DNA of 30,854 nt. Origin: a virus (taxonomy: Duplodnaviria; Caudoviricetes). Below are positions 18,655 through 27,486 of this stretch, in pieces (the first letter of the stretch is position 1; each line of letters starts with the position of its first letter). The position numbers and the translations under genes were made by a program. The stretch lies in IMG/VR virus record IMGVR_UViG_3300011336_000054, positions 1 through 30,854 of that record; one strand, given 5' to 3'. The notes under the pieces were generated by a model. The model worked only from the letters and a program-made list of their open reading frames with translations, did no database searches and was not told the origin of the DNA.

Positions 18655-18838
18655 TGACTTCTTTCTTTGAAGGTGCGTCCAGTTCACGGCGGTAATACTT
18701 GGCAGGCATCTTGGCTTTCTTGTCCAATTGCTTACGCAGCCACTCAGCGCCGCCAAGTTCTTGCAAGATACGCCAATGTCTATCTGACATCCTCACTTGT
18801 CGTCCTAGTAGGGGTTCAGGTGGTTTGGGGCGTGGCAT
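18647..18838 (-). CDS. Putative ribbon-helix-helix-like DNA-binding protein
   Basis: MPRPKP...RQVRMSDRHWRILQELGGAEWLRKQLD pattern. Confidence 0.6.
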   Translation of the reverse strand: MPRPKPPEPLLGRQVRMSDRHWRILQELGGAEWLRKQLDKKAKMPAKYYRRELDAPSKKEVND

Positions 18839-19024
18839 TTACCGGACTCTCCTAAGTGGTATATCCATAATACGCTCGGGCGGTGGGGGTGGCATACCCT
18901 CACTAGGCGGTGTCCAACCATGTTTACGCCAGAGGGCTTGCACATCCGATCCGGACTCCCACTTAAAATCCTTGGCAGGCGTTGATGGGTAGCTGATTTT
19001 TGAATAGGGTGGTTTTTCTAACAT
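18839..19024 (-). CDS. Hypothetical protein
   Basis: SD aaggag; tightly packed. Confidence 0.7.
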   Translation of the reverse strand: MLEKPPYSKISYPSTPAKDFKWESGSDVQALWRKHGWTPPSEGMPPPPPERIMDIPLRRVR

Positions 19025-19033
19025 GATGTCTCC

Positions 19034-19234
19034 TTAAAAGGGGATTTGATCCCATTCCCAATGCTCACACTCAACTATGCCAGTGATCCACTCTAGCGGC
19101 GGCTTTGCTCCATAATGTTGACAGATGCCTGTCTCAAAATTGTTACACTGGCGGCAATTGACTTGGATGGTGTTGATCTGTTTAAGCTGACTGTCCAAAT
19201 GCCTTTTGATGGCGGTTAGTTCAATAAAATTCAT
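19034..19234 (-). CDS. Small Cys-rich (metal-binding) protein
   Basis: CxxC...C...C and C-terminal 'DQIPF'. Confidence 0.7.
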   Translation of the reverse strand: MNFIELTAIKRHLDSQLKQINTIQVNCRQCNNFETGICQHYGAKPPLEWITGIVECEHWEWDQIPF

Positions 19235-20831
19235 ATTCTTTTACCTCGGTGTATTTTCCATTTTTACGGGTCAAAATTCTGTCTGGCTCTTTGATTTTGT
19301 GCAAAACAGTCCATGTAAATGCCTCTTGTGTGCCTGATGGCATAGATTTCCTTTCCCTTCGCATCCACCAGTTTTCGGCCTTTTGTCGAGCGTAGCCAAC
19401 GTGACTGAAGCAAATCCACTCACTTGCCACCATCAGTAAGCCAGCGTAGTAGTCCACCCTCAATGAGTCAGGTTTCCCCTCTTTGCGGTGGATGGCATAG
19501 GCAACCCTACTCACATCATGCCAAATAAAATCATCTGCACTTGCCCGACTTGACAAGAGCGCTGCCAATGAAACCTTGGCATCAAGTGGTTTGGCCTCTT
19601 CTTCTCGGATTTGACCACCACAATGAATGCAAATAAGAGCTGCGGGTGCATTGCGTTCACCGCAGTTAGGGCAGATGCAGAAGGGCGCTTCCTGAGTGCC
19701 TGACCTCTTCTTAGCCCTGCCTTGGATGGTATCGACTGGCCCCAAGCGCTCAACTGTGTCGGTAAAATCAAGCACCAGGCAGTCAGTCTTGCCATCTGCA
19801 ATTCGAGTGCCTCGGCCCATCCCCTGCACATAAAGCACTGGCGACCTTGTGGGCCTACACCAAATAATGCAGTCAACGTCTGGCACATCAAAACCAACCG
19901 ACAAAGCCAAAACAGTGACCAAACAGTGAATTTGACCATTTTTAAATTGAGCAATCAAGTCTTCACGCTCTTGTTTGGGGGTTTCGCCGCAAACCACCGC
20001 GCTGACAATGCCTCGATAATTTAAGCGATCTGCAAGGCTTTCAGCGTTTTTGACACTCGGTGTAAAGGCGATCCATTTCTTGCGCTCTGAGGCAATTCTG
20101 GTAGCTTCTGCGGCTACTTTAGACAGGTATTTTTCAACCTCACGGGAAAGTTCGCCTACTTTATAGTCTCCATTGATTATTCCAACATGGCTGGCATCGA
20201 TGCGGGTTTCAATGCGGTCTGGTGGAACCAGCGGTGCAATGAACTTGGCATCGAGCAATTCGCGCATGGAGACTCTGCTGGCAATGCCTGTGAACAGCGG
20301 CTCATCCCCATCGGTTAACCAAACACCATTGCCCCTAAACGGCGTGGCGGTCATGCCAACAGTTCTGAACTCGCAAAGTTGGCTAAGGTCAAACAGAAAC
20401 GATCTGAACATTCCAGTTTGATCCCCCTTCTGGCTCACCAGATGAGCCTCATCAATGACCACGGCCTTGATGTTTCCCAAGAGTTGAGCATCCCTGTGGA
20501 TGCTACCAATGGTGGCAACAATCACATCTGCTTGGTGCTGTTTCTTGCCCAAGCTGGCGCTGACAAAGCCAACGCTGATGTTTGGGGGAAGCAAAGCCCT
20601 AAGTTTGGCAGCGTTCTGTTCTGCCAGTTCCTTGGATGGAACGAGCACCACAGTGCGAGGGTGAAACAGAGGCCATTGATCCCACATCTGGCGCACAATC
20701 TCAGCGCAGATCACCGACTTGCCTGCGGCGGTGGGTAGCACCAATAGAGGAATGTCGGTTTTTTCTTGGTGCTTTGTCCACCAAGCAAACAAGTCTGTGA
20801 CTGCTCGGGACTGATAGTCACGAAGGATCAC
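19221..20831 (-). CDS. SF2 DEAH helicase, RadD/YejH-like, with zinc ribbon
   Basis: LRDYQ, PTAAGKS, DEAH, TATP, QGMGRGTR, CPNC...CIHC; GTG start at 20831. Confidence 0.92.
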   Translation of the reverse strand: MILRDYQSRAVTDLFAWWTKHQEKTDIPLLVLPTAAGKSVICAEIVRQMWDQWPLFHPRTVVLVPSKELAEQNAAKLRALLPPNISVGFVSASLGKKQHQADVIVATIGSIHRDAQLLGNIKAVVIDEAHLVSQKGDQTGMFRSFLFDLSQLCEFRTVGMTATPFRGNGVWLTDGDEPLFTGIASRVSMRELLDAKFIAPLVPPDRIETRIDASHVGIINGDYKVGELSREVEKYLSKVAAEATRIASERKKWIAFTPSVKNAESLADRLNYRGIVSAVVCGETPKQEREDLIAQFKNGQIHCLVTVLALSVGFDVPDVDCIIWCRPTRSPVLYVQGMGRGTRIADGKTDCLVLDFTDTVERLGPVDTIQGRAKKRSGTQEAPFCICPNCGERNAPAALICIHCGGQIREEEAKPLDAKVSLAALLSSRASADDFIWHDVSRVAYAIHRKEGKPDSLRVDYYAGLLMVASEWICFSHVGYARQKAENWWMRRERKSMPSGTQEAFTWTVLHKIKEPDRILTRKNGKYTEVKEYEFY

Positions 20832-20982
20832 GCTGGCGCTCCTCAAGCATGACATCTGCCATTTTGTATGCGTCCCGCGCTAATTCATAAACATTGGGAT
20901 GGCTTCGGCGAAGCAGGCCAATGATCGCTTGGGCGGCAAAATAGTCTCTCAATGTAATGTTGTCAATTGGTGGGGTGTTCAT
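20818..20982 (-). CDS. Conserved small phage protein (LRDYFAA...AYxxAD family)
   Basis: Hand translation (54 aa): MNTPPIDNITLRDYFAAQAIIGLL...DAYKMADVMLEER. Confidence 0.8.
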   Translation of the reverse strand: MNTPPIDNITLRDYFAAQAIIGLLRRSHPNVYELARDAYKMADVMLEERQRDPS

Positions 20983-22067
20983 ACAAACCTCGCATTGTGC
21001 TGTTTACGCAGATCAAGGGCAAACTCATCCACCAAGGCGGTTTTGTCTGTGCAAGCATGGATTTCTGCGCTACTGATGTGATCAGGGTTCTTGCTTGGAT
21101 CACCATTGATGAACTGTTTGCCATCTGCCATTTTGTAGATCACATTGTCATTTTGATCAAGGTCAACTGGATGGGCTGTTTTAACAAGCAAAATGGGGAT
21201 GTAGCGGTGATCGTTGCAACCCTTACGCTGCATTCCTTCTGCCAAGACTGTGCTATGGGCCGCGCATGACCAAGTGGCATTGCCATCGAGTTCAGGCGTG
21301 GCATGAACGCATGAACGGCACGTTGGCGCAGGAACGTCTGTGCCATGACAGATGGCATGGTAGTCACAGAACTTGCACTCAAACCAAGTGGGATCGGTAG
21401 AAACCCCAACTGGTGGCTCGGGCGCGGTAATCACCGCCATTGCCTTGGCGACAATCTCCTGTGCCTCATCCTTGTTAAATTCTATGCGCTCGGTGTAGAT
21501 GTCATCATTGTCTTTGTTCACGACAAAGTAAAGCGCACGTTTACACCCATCTTCCCCAAACTCATCAAGCGACCACTTCATGTATATTTGCATCTGTGCG
21601 TAATGTTCGGGCTTGGCCTTCTTTACGCCATTTTTTTGCATATCTTTAAACATCTTGTCAGATGCGGTCTTGATCTCCAACAAGTGCGGAGACTTTGGCG
21701 CTTGCGGTAGGCCCGTGACGATGCCGTCCGCATTGCCCTGAAAATGGTGGCCTGTGGCGGGTTCGGTGAATGACCACTGGCGGCCTGTGGCGGGGTTGAG
21801 TTGGTAGACTGTGCAGCCAATGCTTGCCAAGTCTGAATAGACTCTGGGTTCCTGTAAGTGACCAGACTGAAACACTCGGTACAGGCGACCAGAGAACTCG
21901 GCAGGCTTTGACCACCGGAAAGAGTACCAGTGCTGGCGCAGGCAAGGCTTACCAATGCTTGATGCACCAAGGTAAGGTCTTTGTGCTTCTGAGCCATACT
22001 TTGCCTTGTAGTGGGCAAAGATGGCATCAGCCACAGGATCAATAACTGATTGTGGAAGTAAGGCCAT
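20979..22067 (-). CDS. Cas4-like PD-(D/E)XK exonuclease
   Basis: YLGASSIGKPC, GNADG...LEIKT, QMQIYM, CKFCDYHAIC; start at MALLPQ (22067). Confidence 0.85.
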   Translation of the reverse strand: MALLPQSVIDPVADAIFAHYKAKYGSEAQRPYLGASSIGKPCLRQHWYSFRWSKPAEFSGRLYRVFQSGHLQEPRVYSDLASIGCTVYQLNPATGRQWSFTEPATGHHFQGNADGIVTGLPQAPKSPHLLEIKTASDKMFKDMQKNGVKKAKPEHYAQMQIYMKWSLDEFGEDGCKRALYFVVNKDNDDIYTERIEFNKDEAQEIVAKAMAVITAPEPPVGVSTDPTWFECKFCDYHAICHGTDVPAPTCRSCVHATPELDGNATWSCAAHSTVLAEGMQRKGCNDHRYIPILLVKTAHPVDLDQNDNVIYKMADGKQFINGDPSKNPDHISSAEIHACTDKTALVDEFALDLRKQHNARFV

Positions 22068-22068
22068 G

Positions 22069-22593
22069 TCAGCCTTTCCTTGCCCATGCAGGTGCTTTGG
22101 ACTTCGCGGCTTCTTGCTCGGCGGTAGGCCATGCAACTGTGTCTGCCATCGTAGGCGCAGGGGTTGGTGCAGTAGCTGGTGCAACTGGTGCGCTAATACC
22201 ACTGGCGGCCTCATACCCCTTGATGTTGTTGCTTGCTTTGTAAATGCCTTGGGCCTCGCGCACAGTCACGTTGATGCGTACTGGCTTGAAGTGCAGGGCG
22301 GCAGTGTCCATCAGCTTGATGACGTTCACGGCGTGGCAAAGCGCAGAGAGTTGGCTTTGGGCAATCCTTTGGGTGTCTTCGCTTGTGTGGCGAATGTTAA
22401 GGTTTTCCCAAACCTTGCGGCCTTTGTATTGTCCATCGAGGATTTCAAAGGTAAGTTTCAAGCCTTCGCCATTGCCAGACTTCAAGGGCTGCACATCAGA
22501 TTCGGTGATGTGAGCCAAATAAGTTCCGGCAGGCAGTGGGCCTGTGGACTGTTGGGGAGCGACTTGGGATGCGTCAAAATTAAACTGAGCCAT
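22069..22593 (-). CDS. DUF669-like single-stranded DNA-binding protein
   Basis: PLPAGTY...LKLTFEILDGQYKGRKVW; adjacent to the Sak4-like gene. Confidence 0.8.
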   Translation of the reverse strand: MAQFNFDASQVAPQQSTGPLPAGTYLAHITESDVQPLKSGNGEGLKLTFEILDGQYKGRKVWENLNIRHTSEDTQRIAQSQLSALCHAVNVIKLMDTAALHFKPVRINVTVREAQGIYKASNNIKGYEAASGISAPVAPATAPTPAPTMADTVAWPTAEQEAAKSKAPAWARKG

Positions 22594-22635
22594 GATAAAT
22601 TTCCTAAAAAAAAGTTAAGTTACGGATTGAAGAGA

Positions 22636-23382
22636 TCAAGACTGCGCTTGGGTAAGTGAGGCTTGAAATACCGCCCAATCAAGCGGCATATTGGACAGGC
22701 CAAAGCGGTTACCACCGCAATGAGCCGGATGGGGTTCAACGTGCAAGATGCGCTCGCCAGTAGTCGTGGCCTTAGTTTCTTTCTTAGAGAACCCTGCATC
22801 GGTCTTGCTTGTGAAAATGCGGTAGCCTGCGTAACCAATGACATCTGCCCACTCTTGGACTAGGCCAGCGGCCTTGTCGTGCAGTTTAAGGACATGGCTG
22901 TCATAGCCCTCGGTTAGCGGGTCTTCTATGCGCTTGATCTTGTCGTGAGCAATCAAAATGATACCCATGCCCTTGGCAGAGCGCAGGACTTCTAGGCCAG
23001 ACAGAAGGTTACGCCATTCCTCGGCGGCGGCAACGTAGCCCTTACCAAAGCCTGGTGCTTCAATGTTCTTCCAGTTATTCTGCTTACACACATACTCTTG
23101 GATCATGGGTTCGAGCCAATCAAGCGAGTCAATGAACAAGGTCTGGAAGTCATGCTTTTGGTTGATCAGCGTGTCGATGGCGGCATAAACCTCGGGCAGG
23201 CTGGCAGCCAGTGGGAAGGCGTTTGCGTCCACCGCATCAGCGCCGTCTTCAGTCAGGATGCCAATGGCATTGGGAGCCATAGCCGCGAAAGTGGTCTTGC
23301 CAATCTTGCCTTGGCCCACCACAACAATTTTGGGTGAGCGTACACGTTTGGTTTTGGAGATGGATGAGAGGTCGAATGCCAT
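22636..23382 (-). CDS. Sak4-like AAA_24 ATPase (ssDNA annealing)
   Basis: GQGKIGKTT Walker A, IDSLDWLE, GFGKGY, LIAH. Confidence 0.88.
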   Translation of the reverse strand: MAFDLSSISKTKRVRSPKIVVVGQGKIGKTTFAAMAPNAIGILTEDGADAVDANAFPLAASLPEVYAAIDTLINQKHDFQTLFIDSLDWLEPMIQEYVCKQNNWKNIEAPGFGKGYVAAAEEWRNLLSGLEVLRSAKGMGIILIAHDKIKRIEDPLTEGYDSHVLKLHDKAAGLVQEWADVIGYAGYRIFTSKTDAGFSKKETKATTTGERILHVEPHPAHCGGNRFGLSNMPLDWAVFQASLTQAQS

Positions 23383-23383
23383 G

Positions 23384-23752
23384 TTAGTCTTTCAAATCAA
23401 TGGATGGTTTTGCGGGTTTGCTGGTGATGAACACTGCTGCCTTGTGATAGGCGGTAGGGTCAATTTCTGAGAGTGAACGAAGGTATGCCAAATTGACTTC
23501 AGCCTTCCAACGAAATGCACGTTGGGCGTTGTCAGGCAGATCGTCAAAGTCGGCGGTTAAGCGGTCGGTGTCTACTGCTCGGTTTAACTTCCAAGTGATG
23601 GTGAAGTCTTCATCTTGGTGAGTGCCTTCGCCGTTCTCAGGCTTGGCAAACTGGTCGGTGATCAGGCTTTCAATGCGAAGGCGCTCGGCCTTGGCATCAG
23701 TCTCAGCTTGCTTGGCTTTGCGTAGTAAGGTTGCCAGTTCAGAGATCGTCAT
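23384..23752 (-). CDS. Hypothetical phage protein
   Basis: MTISELATLL...KPAKPSI; SD gagg. Confidence 0.75.
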   Translation of the reverse strand: MTISELATLLRKAKQAETDAKAERLRIESLITDQFAKPENGEGTHQDEDFTITWKLNRAVDTDRLTADFDDLPDNAQRAFRWKAEVNLAYLRSLSEIDPTAYHKAAVFITSKPAKPSIDLKD

Positions 23753-24014
23753 TTTTATAGTCCTCAAGTGCGGTGGTTGTGATGTGGTCAACAAGGCCCT
23801 GCAAGAGCAAGTGACCAATGTCTATGTCTGTGCCTTTGATGTAAGCGCTGACAAGTTCCATAGTTTCGGCGTAGTCAGGCTCATCAGGTAAGCCACGGCT
23901 ATCGAGTGAACCAAGTTCTTCGGGGACGTACTCTAAGTGGCAGACCAGATCGACACCTTCGAGTTCGCACTCAAACTCAATAATCCCTTGGGGGCAGGCA
24001 GGCGTGGGGTTCAT
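23739..24014 (-). CDS. Acidic hypothetical protein
   Basis: 91 aa from an ATGA overlap at 24014. Confidence 0.7.
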   Translation of the reverse strand: MNPTPACPQGIIEFECELEGVDLVCHLEYVPEELGSLDSRGLPDEPDYAETMELVSAYIKGTDIDIGHLLLQGLVDHITTTALEDYKNDDL

Positions 24015-24154
24015 GCTGACCACCATGCAACCAGTAAGGCTGCCAAGCTGATGCCAATGGCAAGGGCTGTGAGAAGATCAAGTCCTGGCTCTGCGCGGGC
24101 GGTGAGCCTTGCGCTCTTGATTTCGGGGTAGTAGAAGTGTTTGTGGTGTTTCAT
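24011..24154 (-). CDS. 47-aa protein with C-terminal TM helix
   Basis: Hand translation MKHHKHFYYPEIKSARLTARAEPGLDLLTALAIGISLAALLVAWWSA. Confidence 0.65.
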   Translation of the reverse strand: MKHHKHFYYPEIKSARLTARAEPGLDLLTALAIGISLAALLVAWWSA

Positions 24155-24166
24155 GTTGTGCTTTCG

Positions 24167-24180
24167 GGGGCCGAAGCCCC
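24167..24180 (-). promoter_or_regulatory. Stable cUUCGg hairpin in the early mRNA
   Basis: Minus strand ggggc-ttcg-gcccc; no U-tract on that strand. Confidence 0.55.
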
Positions 24181-24229
24181 GTTTGGTTTAATTTTGCGTC
24201 ATCCAACCTTAAACGCTTGCGCTCAATTC

Positions 24230-24439
24230 TTAATTGACAACACGCAAGATTCCAGTAAGACCAATGCCTTTTAAAAACTTGACCATTTCATCAAGCAAAG
24301 CCTGCTTAGAATCAGCGTAAAACTCGATAGGAGTGTTTTTAATCTCACCAATGTTGGTGTTGATATAAATGCCATCAATTTCGCCCATGAAGCGACCACA
24401 AGGTTCTTCATAAACGTAGGCTTTGTAGATTTTTGTCAT
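24230..24439 (-). CDS. First early gene, hypothetical (69 aa)
   Basis: SD aagga before ATG 24439; no HTH or S24 features. Confidence 0.7.
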   Translation of the reverse strand: MTKIYKAYVYEEPCGRFMGEIDGIYINTNIGEIKNTPIEFYADSKQALLDEMVKFLKGIGLTGILRVVN

Positions 24440-24501
24440 TTGTGTTTCCTTTGGCCTTTCGGCGTGATGGACAGAGAACCAATTTCCCTGCCTTGCTTTG
24501 A

Positions 24502-24529
24502 ATTCTAGCGAGTTGCTAGATGTTGTCAA
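24502..24529 (-). promoter_or_regulatory. Leftward sigma70 promoter
   Basis: TTGACA-16 nt-TAGAAT on the minus strand. Confidence 0.8.
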
Positions 24530-24596
24530 GCCCTTTGCTAGAATTATTTTCATAGGTGTTTTCCCTATTGCCAAAAGAATCTATCAATGTGCTAGA
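24504..24596. promoter_or_regulatory. Three 17-bp operators, consensus TCTAGC-N5-GCTAGA
   Basis: 24504-20 tctagcgagttgctaga; 24526-42 tcaagccctttgctaga; 24580-96 tctatcaatgtgctaga. Confidence 0.75.
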
Positions 24597-24598
24597 GT
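24568..24598 (+). promoter_or_regulatory. Rightward promoter (extended -10), probably leaderless
   Basis: TTGCCA-19 nt-TAGAGT with a TGn extension; ATG follows 8 nt after the -10 with no room for an SD. Confidence 0.5.
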
Positions 24599-24606
24599 GG
24601 ATAGCT

Positions 24607-24825
24607 ATGAACACACAAATACCACCAGATGAGCGCCGACAACTGGCAGAAAAAGTTGGCATCAATGAGCAGTATCTCTACCAATGTCTCACTGGCAGGC
24701 GCGAAATGTCAGCTTGGGAGGCCGTTCGGGTAGAACAGGCCAGTGAGGGCAGGCTTACTCGGCAGATGGTTTGCCAAGGCAGTTGGCAGTCCATTTGGCC
24801 TGAGTTGGTGGAGATCAAAGCATGA
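24607..24825 (+). CDS. Cro/YdaS-like HTH regulator
   Basis: RQLAEKVGINEQYLYQ HTH; 'VEQASEGRLT...WPEL' YdaS-type tail. Confidence 0.85.
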   Translation: MNTQIPPDERRQLAEKVGINEQYLYQCLTGRREMSAWEAVRVEQASEGRLTRQMVCQGSWQSIWPELVEIKA

Positions 24826-26879
24826 GCAGCTTAACAACTATTTTCCCCAATGGCTTCGCGGCTGCCACCGAGTCGCAAGACCTGATCAACCCTGAAGAGG
24901 GGTTCAGGAAGCACTGTGAGGCATCTGGCCTGTTGATCAAAGAAATCATTGCTGATGGTGAGATTCACAGGGTGGCTCATGTATCTTCCAAGAAAGGTGC
25001 ATTGGATGGGTGGTATATCTTGCACACCAGTGGCAAGGTTCCTGTGGGCATTGCAGGGTGTTGGAAGGAGCCAGTGTTTGAGGCCAAGTGGGTGGCTGAC
25101 ACAGGACGGGCCATGACGTTTACTGAGCGCTTTGAGCATGATAAGTGGGTGGCAGAGGTCAAAGCCAAGAAAGAAGCTGACAGGTTGGCAAGTCAGGCCG
25201 TGGCGGCAGAGAGGGCAGAGGATGAGGTTGGGACGTATGCAGATGCGTCTGATGATCATCCATACCTTGTGAGAAAGCACGTTGGGGCGCATGGGATCAA
25301 GATTGACAGGGCAGGTAGGTTGGTTGTGCCAGTGATCAATCAGGCAGGGGAAATTCTCTCATATCAGACCATTGATGCAGATGGCAACAAAAGGTTTTTA
25401 AAGGGTGGCAAGATTGAGGGTGGGTTTTATGAACTCAGGGGCAACAGAAAGATTGTGTTTGTGGGTGAAGGGTTTGCCACTTGCGCTTCAATCCATGAGG
25501 CAACGGGTTACACAGTTCTTGTGGCGTTTGATTGTGGGAACTTAGCCAAGGTAGCCAAGAGCGCCAAAGAGATGTTCTTGGGGTCTAAGATCATCATTGG
25601 CGCTGACAATGACCAGTGGACGGAGGGCAACCCTGGCGTGACCAAGGGCAGGGCTGCGGCGGCACTGGTGTTTGGGGAAATTGTTTATCCATCATTTGGA
25701 GAATCTGACATGGTGGACAACAAACCAACAGACTTCAATGACCTTCACTGCCTACAAGGCTTGGATGCTGTCAAAGAGCAGATCGAGCGCGTGGCTGGCC
25801 CCATGCGTGACAAACTGGCTTTTGAGTTCTCCAGAGCAGACAGTTTGCAACTGAGCCAAATCAATTGGATTGTGGATGACTACATTGAAAGTGACTCCCT
25901 CGCGCAGGTGTTTGGTGACCCAGGCGGCGGTAAGTCCTTTGTGTCAATTGACATAGCCTGCTGCGTTGCCACTGGCAAGCCGTGGCATGGGCATGAGGTC
26001 AAGCAAGGCTCGGTGTTCTACATCGCAGGTGAAGGGCATAACGGCCTAGCCAGAAGGTTCAAAGCATGGCAGTTAGGCAATGGTCAAACCCTTGATGGTG
26101 CGCCACTGTACAAGAGCCATAGGGCAGCGCAGTTGTACGATGCAACTGAGGCGGCAGTGGTGGCAGAATCCATCAAAGAATTGTCAGCGCAAGCAGGCAC
26201 AACCCCAAGCCTGATCATTATTGATACCCTAGCCAGAAATCACGGCGGTGATGAGAACTCCACCCAAGACATGAATGCGTTCATTCAGCACTTGGATGTC
26301 TATCTGCGCCAACCTTGGAAATGTTGCGTTCTGGTGGTTCACCACTCAGGCGTGGCAGACAAAGATAGAAGTCGGGGATCGACCGCCTTGAAGGGTGCGC
26401 TCGATGCGGAGTACCGCTGCCAGTTGGATTCAGGAACTAAATCAATAGCCTTTGAATCCAAAAAGATGAAGGATGCAGAGATGCCTGCACCCAAAAACTT
26501 CCAGATCACCCAAGTGGATTTGCCCATCCAAGACAAAAACGGCGCACCAGTTCGGGGTGCGTATCTCACGGCAGTGGACATCTCGGGCCTGATCGGTAAC
26601 ATCCAAAAACGTACAGTTCTTTCAGGCAACCAACGCATTGCTTTGAATTGTTTGGTTGCCATTGAGGCCAAACGAGCCAGTGACGGCATCGAGGGTTTTG
26701 CCGCCATGGTGGACTACGATGAGTGGCGAGATTCAGCCAAAGGGCATGGTCTAAACGCTCGGCGGTTCAAGGAATGTTTGGAAGCACTAACCAAGAAAAA
26801 CATGGTTTTGGAGAACAATGGGATGTACCGAAGTGTACCGAAAAGTACCGAAATCGGTACAGTCGGTAATGAGGTGTGA
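24822..26879 (+). CDS. Primase-helicase (TOPRIM + AAA_25/RepA-like)
   Basis: GEGFAT and ADND TOPRIM motifs; DFNDL; GDPGGGKS Walker A; IIDT; VHHSG...RGS. Confidence 0.92.
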   Translation: MSSLTTIFPNGFAAATESQDLINPEEGFRKHCEASGLLIKEIIADGEIHRVAHVSSKKGALDGWYILHTSGKVPVGIAGCWKEPVFEAKWVADTGRAMTFTERFEHDKWVAEVKAKKEADRLASQAVAAERAEDEVGTYADASDDHPYLVRKHVGAHGIKIDRAGRLVVPVINQAGEILSYQTIDADGNKRFLKGGKIEGGFYELRGNRKIVFVGEGFATCASIHEATGYTVLVAFDCGNLAKVAKSAKEMFLGSKIIIGADNDQWTEGNPGVTKGRAAAALVFGEIVYPSFGESDMVDNKPTDFNDLHCLQGLDAVKEQIERVAGPMRDKLAFEFSRADSLQLSQINWIVDDYIESDSLAQVFGDPGGGKSFVSIDIACCVATGKPWHGHEVKQGSVFYIAGEGHNGLARRFKAWQLGNGQTLDGAPLYKSHRAAQLYDATEAAVVAESIKELSAQAGTTPSLIIIDTLARNHGGDENSTQDMNAFIQHLDVYLRQPWKCCVLVVHHSGVADKDRSRGSTALKGALDAEYRCQLDSGTKSIAFESKKMKDAEMPAPKNFQITQVDLPIQDKNGAPVRGAYLTAVDISGLIGNIQKRTVLSGNQRIALNCLVAIEAKRASDGIEGFAAMVDYDEWRDSAKGHGLNARRFKECLEALTKKNMVLENNGMYRSVPKSTEIGTVGNEV

Positions 26880-27011
26880 TGTACCGAAGCGTGTACCGAA
26901 ATGTACCGAAACGTACCGAAATGTACCGAAGCAAACCCCCTCTGGTGTACCGAAACGTACCGAACGTGTCTATAGACACGTTCAGGTTCGGTACAAAAAG
27001 GGTTTCGGTAC
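26825..27011. repeat. GTACCGAA iteron array with palindrome; candidate replication origin
   Basis: Ten direct copies, two full inverted copies, and a perfect 22-bp palindrome at 26962-26983. Confidence 0.8.
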
Positions 27012-27057
27012 AGTCCGGCGGATTTTGGGGTGGTTTTGATAGGATTGGAGTTGTGGC

Positions 27058-27405
27058 TTGATTGAAGTGGAAATGAACATGAAAATCGTCAGTGTGGCAA
27101 ACTTGAGGTTGCATTGGGCGGTCAAGGCAAAGCTGGCTCGGGATCAGAGAACCAGGACTCGGATGAGTTTGGCTGCCGTGGCTCAGTCTTCTGGCGCGGA
27201 GATGTTGCCAGTGACTGTGGTGCTGACGCGGATTGCCCCAAAGCGCTTGGACGGCGATAACTTGCAGTCTGGCTTTAAGGCCGTGCGCGATGGTGTGGCT
27301 GATTGGCTTGGCGTAGACGATGGCAATGGCCTCATTGATTGGCAATACGCTCAAAGGTCAGCTGGCCCAAAGGTTTACAAGGTTGAGATCGAGGTGATAA
27401 CATGA
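27058..27405 (+). CDS. RusA-like Holliday junction resolvase
   Basis: RLDGDNL...KAVRDG...VDD catalytic pattern. Confidence 0.75.
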   Translation: MIEVEMNMKIVSVANLRLHWAVKAKLARDQRTRTRMSLAAVAQSSGAEMLPVTVVLTRIAPKRLDGDNLQSGFKAVRDGVADWLGVDDGNGLIDWQYAQRSAGPKVYKVEIEVIT

Positions 27406-27408
27406 GCC

Positions 27409-27476
27409 GTGCGCGGTTGCCATTGATTGTCGCACTTTCGGGGAAAGCGCCTTCGGGCGTGAGTACCCTTTTTTTT
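27409..27476 (+). terminator. Structured RNA: hairpin followed by a UUCG/E-loop hairpin and U8 tract
   Basis: ggg-gaa-ag-cgcc-TTCG-ggcg-tg-agta-ccc-T8. Confidence 0.6.
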
Positions 27477-27486
27477 GGGGGTGCGT

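Noticed and set aside
26825-27011. CRISPR array or mini-array (a Cas4-like gene is present)
   Set aside because: Units are 8 bp with mostly 2-nt gaps and no spacers; Cas4-like nucleases are common stand-alone phage genes.
26767-27354. ORFs 26767-27354(-), 26818-27039(+) and 26876-27061(+)
   Set aside because: These are translations of the iteron array or antisense shadows of real genes.
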